DNA of 64,000 bases from Adineta vaga. Taxonomy: Eukaryota > Animalia > Rotifera. The notes under the pieces are model-generated. The model was given only the letters and a program-made list of their open reading frames with translations. It was not told where the DNA came from and did not search any database. The stretch covers positions 16,120,001 through 16,184,000 of the forward strand of contig CP075494.1 in the NCBI GenBank assembly GCA_021613535.1, given 5' to 3'. Below, piece by piece: positions 60,453 to 64,000 of this stretch; position 1 is the first letter of the stretch; the number at the start of each line of letters is the position of its first letter. Position numbers and translations under genes: made by a program.

Positions 60453-63400
60453 ATGTCAGAAAATAATCAAACTAATAATTGGGATAATATTACTAGACTA
60501 ATTGATGAAATTTGGAATGGTGATGAAATTACTGCTACTAACTATATGGATTTGTATACGTAAGTTTATTTTGCTTTTTTTAAAATTTATTTTGACTTCT
60601 CATTAATAGATATACATGGCAATATTGCACGACTTGTGCGCCAAGTGAAAATAGTCGGCAATGCATTAGTGATAGACAAAAGCTCGCAAGAGAGAATTTA
60701 TATGTTTATTTAGAAAATTATATTCGAAAGAACCTTGAAAATGTATCAAAAGTAAGATTCATCATTTAGAAATCTTTATACGTATCGGAATAAACACGAA
60801 TGAATAATTTATGTTATTTATATCCTAAAAATTTATGAATTATAGAAGATTAATATTTATTTACGAAAAAATTCGTAATGTTTAGTTGTAAAATACTTTA
60901 TCATTATTTCCTCCAAAGGATATTAACAATCAAAACGACGAAAATTGTCATCAGTATTTCAAACAACTTCACGTTAAACATGTCAGAATATTCGCCACTT
61001 TGAACGGTAGTCTTAACTATCTTTATCGATGTTGGATTAGATCTAAACTTGATCTTGGAAGAAAGAATGTTTATGAAATTAGTGTAGTATGTTCTTTTCT
61101 TCTACTCTTTTATCGTTATAAAAAAAATTTTTGAATAATTAGTTAGCCAATCAAATGTGGACAGAAATTGTCATCAAACCACATTTTCATCGATTGCCTA
61201 AAATATGTTTAACAACGATCAACAAGAATCGTCAACATCATTCAGCTTTTGATGTACAATCACTCAAATGTATTCTTGAATCTTTTTGTACGTAGATGAC
61301 TTTCATCTGATCTTCGCGTTTATTTTAAATATCTTTTTTAGCAAATGATATTTATAAGGAAAATTTTGAAAACGAATTTCTTCAAGCAATGGAAGCTTTT
61401 TATCGAACAAAAGAAACGCCTTCGATCGAATCAAATGATGAAATGCTCGATTATTTGAAAATAGTAAATATATTAGAATTAAATTAAGTTAAATACACTT
61501 ATTCTTTTTTAGGTAGCAGAATATTTTGATTATGAAATCAACCAAGCAAAATCTTATTTACCTCAAGGAAAAACAACAATAATAAAACTAATTGATTTGT
61601 TGGAAAGAATATTTCTTCCAGACAAGATTTATAATATTATCATAGAAAAACTTCAAATACTTGTATCATATGAAAATAATTATCAAAGTAAATTTATTCT
61701 ATTACTAATTCATAGTTATCAAATTTTTAGATATGAACATAGAATTATCAATATTATTCGAACATATTCGTCGAATTCCCAAACTAAAAAATGAACTTTT
61801 AAAATTGATAGAAAATCATATTTATCAACAAGGAATCAATACAATTGAATCTCTTAACGGAAAAACATCAAATGTAAATGTATTAATCTCCATTTATTGA
61901 CATCTTATATCCAATGTGTTATTTATAGGATGCAATACTTTATATTGAAACAATTGTTGATATTCATAGAAGATTTCTTACATCGATCCAGAAAACATTT
62001 GTCTATGATCCAAGCGTGATTGGTGCTTTTGATAAAGTATACACATCGATATTGTCTGTTTCAAATAAAATTTGTTCTCGAAAATCTTTTAGGGTTGTGC
62101 TAAATTCATCAATCAGAATAACATTGAACAAACAATTGGTAGCATAAGAAAATCAGCAGTATTTTTAGCTCATTATTGTGATCTATTATTAAGAAAAAAG
62201 TTATATATATATTTATTGAAAATAATAAATTTTTATTTATGATCTTTATGTAGAAGAAAAGGTGTGATAGATGATGATTGGGAAGATAAACTGAATAATA
62301 TTCTAGTAAGGTATTCATTTATTTCCTTTCTAATATATGTTGTTCTGTTTTAGATTATTTTCAATTACATTGACGATAAAGATATTTTTATGAAATTTTA
62401 TCAAAAAATGTTTGCAAAACGTTTAATTAATCAATCAAATGTATCAGATTCATTTGTTGACGAATCATTAATTTCACAGTTCAAAGTAAAAAAAGAAACT
62501 TTTCACATTTCTATTAAGATTTCTTCTTGTTTCAATGTTTAGAGCAAATGTGGTCATGAATATACATCAAAATTAGAACAAATGTTCAAAGATATTCAAT
62601 TAAGTAAAGATCTTACTAATGAGTATCAAAGATATCAGAAAAATACATATAATAATGAAATTGGTAAAGTATAATGACATAGAATAAGTATATGAACATA
62701 TGAATTTGTCTTACTGTTTTTGTTTCAGATGATTTTTCTATGATGATTCTGACTTTAAATTTTTGGCCATTTTCGCAACCATCATCTATAATTTTGCCAA
62801 TGAAAGTAAGAAGATATTTATTTAATCTGATAAACTTATAATATTAATTTTAGTTAAACAAAACATTTGATCATTTCACAAAATTTTATCTTATGAAACA
62901 TAATAGTCGAAAATTAACATTACTTCATCAATATTCTCAAGGTGAATTACAAATGAATTTAAAAAACAAAAAATATCGATTAGAGGTAAGAATTACTTTA
63001 TGATTCATTGAAAAAAAAAACGAATTAATTCTATTGAAAAAGGTATCAATATATCAAATGATAATTTTATTATTATTTAATCAACAATCAAAATGGATTG
63101 TTGAACAAATTTATGATCAAACACAAATTAAATTAGATTTATTATTTGAAATTCTTTCTTATAGTTTTTCCTCGATACAAAATCTTGTTTAAAAGAAGAA
63201 AATCTTTATTTTGCAGTGATAAATTTCGATTGAATTTCATTGTTCCATTGAAATCGAATGAAACAAAAGATCTAAGTAAAACAATAGATGAAGAATAAAA
63301 AAGAACTTAAATATTCATTATTAATTCAAGAAGTTATTGAACAATTATATTCACGTTTTAAACCAAATATATCTTTGATTAAAGTAAATTTTATCGAATT

Positions 63401-63521
63401 TTTAATAATCAATTTAAAATCTTTCATTTTGTTTTCTTAGAAATGCATCGATATTTTAATTGAAAAAGGATATTTTGAACGTGATGCAAATGATAAAGAT
63501 ACTTTACATTATTTGGCTTGA
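60453..63521 (+). pseudogene. Divergent cullin-1-like gene with a damaged C-terminus
   Basis: YMDLYT, LAHYCDLLL, DKDIFMKFYQKMFAKRLI, CGHEYTSKLEQMFKDI, SRKLTLL and KKCIDILIEKGYFER...YLA*; the IVRIMK neddylation segment is absent at ~63295 with a frameshift and stop. Confidence 0.8.
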
Positions 63522-63679
63522 ATATAATCGAATTCAACACTTCACTTTCGAAGAAAATTCCATTATAAATGTTTGTTTTTATATAAATTATAATAAACAT
63601 GAATCATGTATGCTGATATTCTCTTTATCTCCAAGTATTAGGACACAATTGTTGTGTTAATTACAATGAAATATAAAAA

Positions 63680-63735
63680 GTGAGGGTGTAGGTGTGAATC
63701 TCTCTTCTATATATTCACACCCACACCCACACCCA
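63680..63735. repeat. Telomeric-hexamer hairpin element
   Basis: gtgagggtgtaggtgtgaat ... attcacacccacacccacac; arms match at 18 of 20 positions. Confidence 0.8.
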
Positions 63736-63940
63736 GGATTTCTCTACACGACTTGCAAATGTAAAGTGAATGGAAGTTGGCGATCTATTGCTGGCAGTTG
63801 TAACAACTAAACATTTTCCTCATATTTATGTAGTTCCTCTCCGATTATAATGATCCTCTCTATTCAATAAAACTACCCTGAGTACTTATAGAATGAATTG
63901 ACGAATACATTCTATAAGAATATCTACCATCGTTCTTAAT

Positions 63941-64000
63941 TTGAGGGTGATGGTGTGAGGGTGTATTCTCTCTTTAATAGTATCGCCCTCACTCACACCC
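63941..64000. repeat. Telomeric-hexamer hairpin element (runs off the window end)
   Basis: ttgagggtgatggtgtgagggtgt ... cgccctcactcacaccc. Confidence 0.75.

Noticed and set aside
8360-63660. Numerous 60-100 aa ORFs antisense or out of frame to real genes (e.g. 8360-8644, 10184-10447, 15177-15377, 20136-20378, 44790-45017, 63460-63660)
   Set aside because: Shadow ORFs or exon read-throughs explained by the overlapping spliced genes

Overview
AT-rich eukaryotic DNA with short (~50-100 nt) GT-AG introns, most likely from a bdelloid rotifer. This is inferred from the gene families present (orphan class A GPCRs, ART-TPR proteins, F-box-like and NHL/PAN relics), many non-metazoan-looking genes, and TGTGGG/TGAGGG telomere-type hexamers. 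No rRNA, tRNA or CRISPR array was seen. About 20 apparently intact genes and about 7 pseudogenes or fragments are present. The most notable structures are: (1) a divergent gene pair, HEPN(RxxxxH)-TPR-Sel1-MYND opposite an intronless protein with GGDEF/Cas10-palm-like motifs, resembling a nucleotide second-messenger defence module; (2) about 11 dispersed mini-hairpins built from inverted telomeric hexamers; (3) a 9.3-kb subtilase-bearing segment bracketed by a 203-bp near-perfect direct repeat; (4) a nucleotidyltransferase-HAD phosphatase-kinase fusion near a nucleotide-sugar transporter inside a cluster of HGT-like genes; (5) a spliced, secreted SH3b-like 6-Cys protein missed by the ORF track; (6) a non-autonomous Helitron-like element. 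All family calls come from motif recognition by eye; no searches were run.
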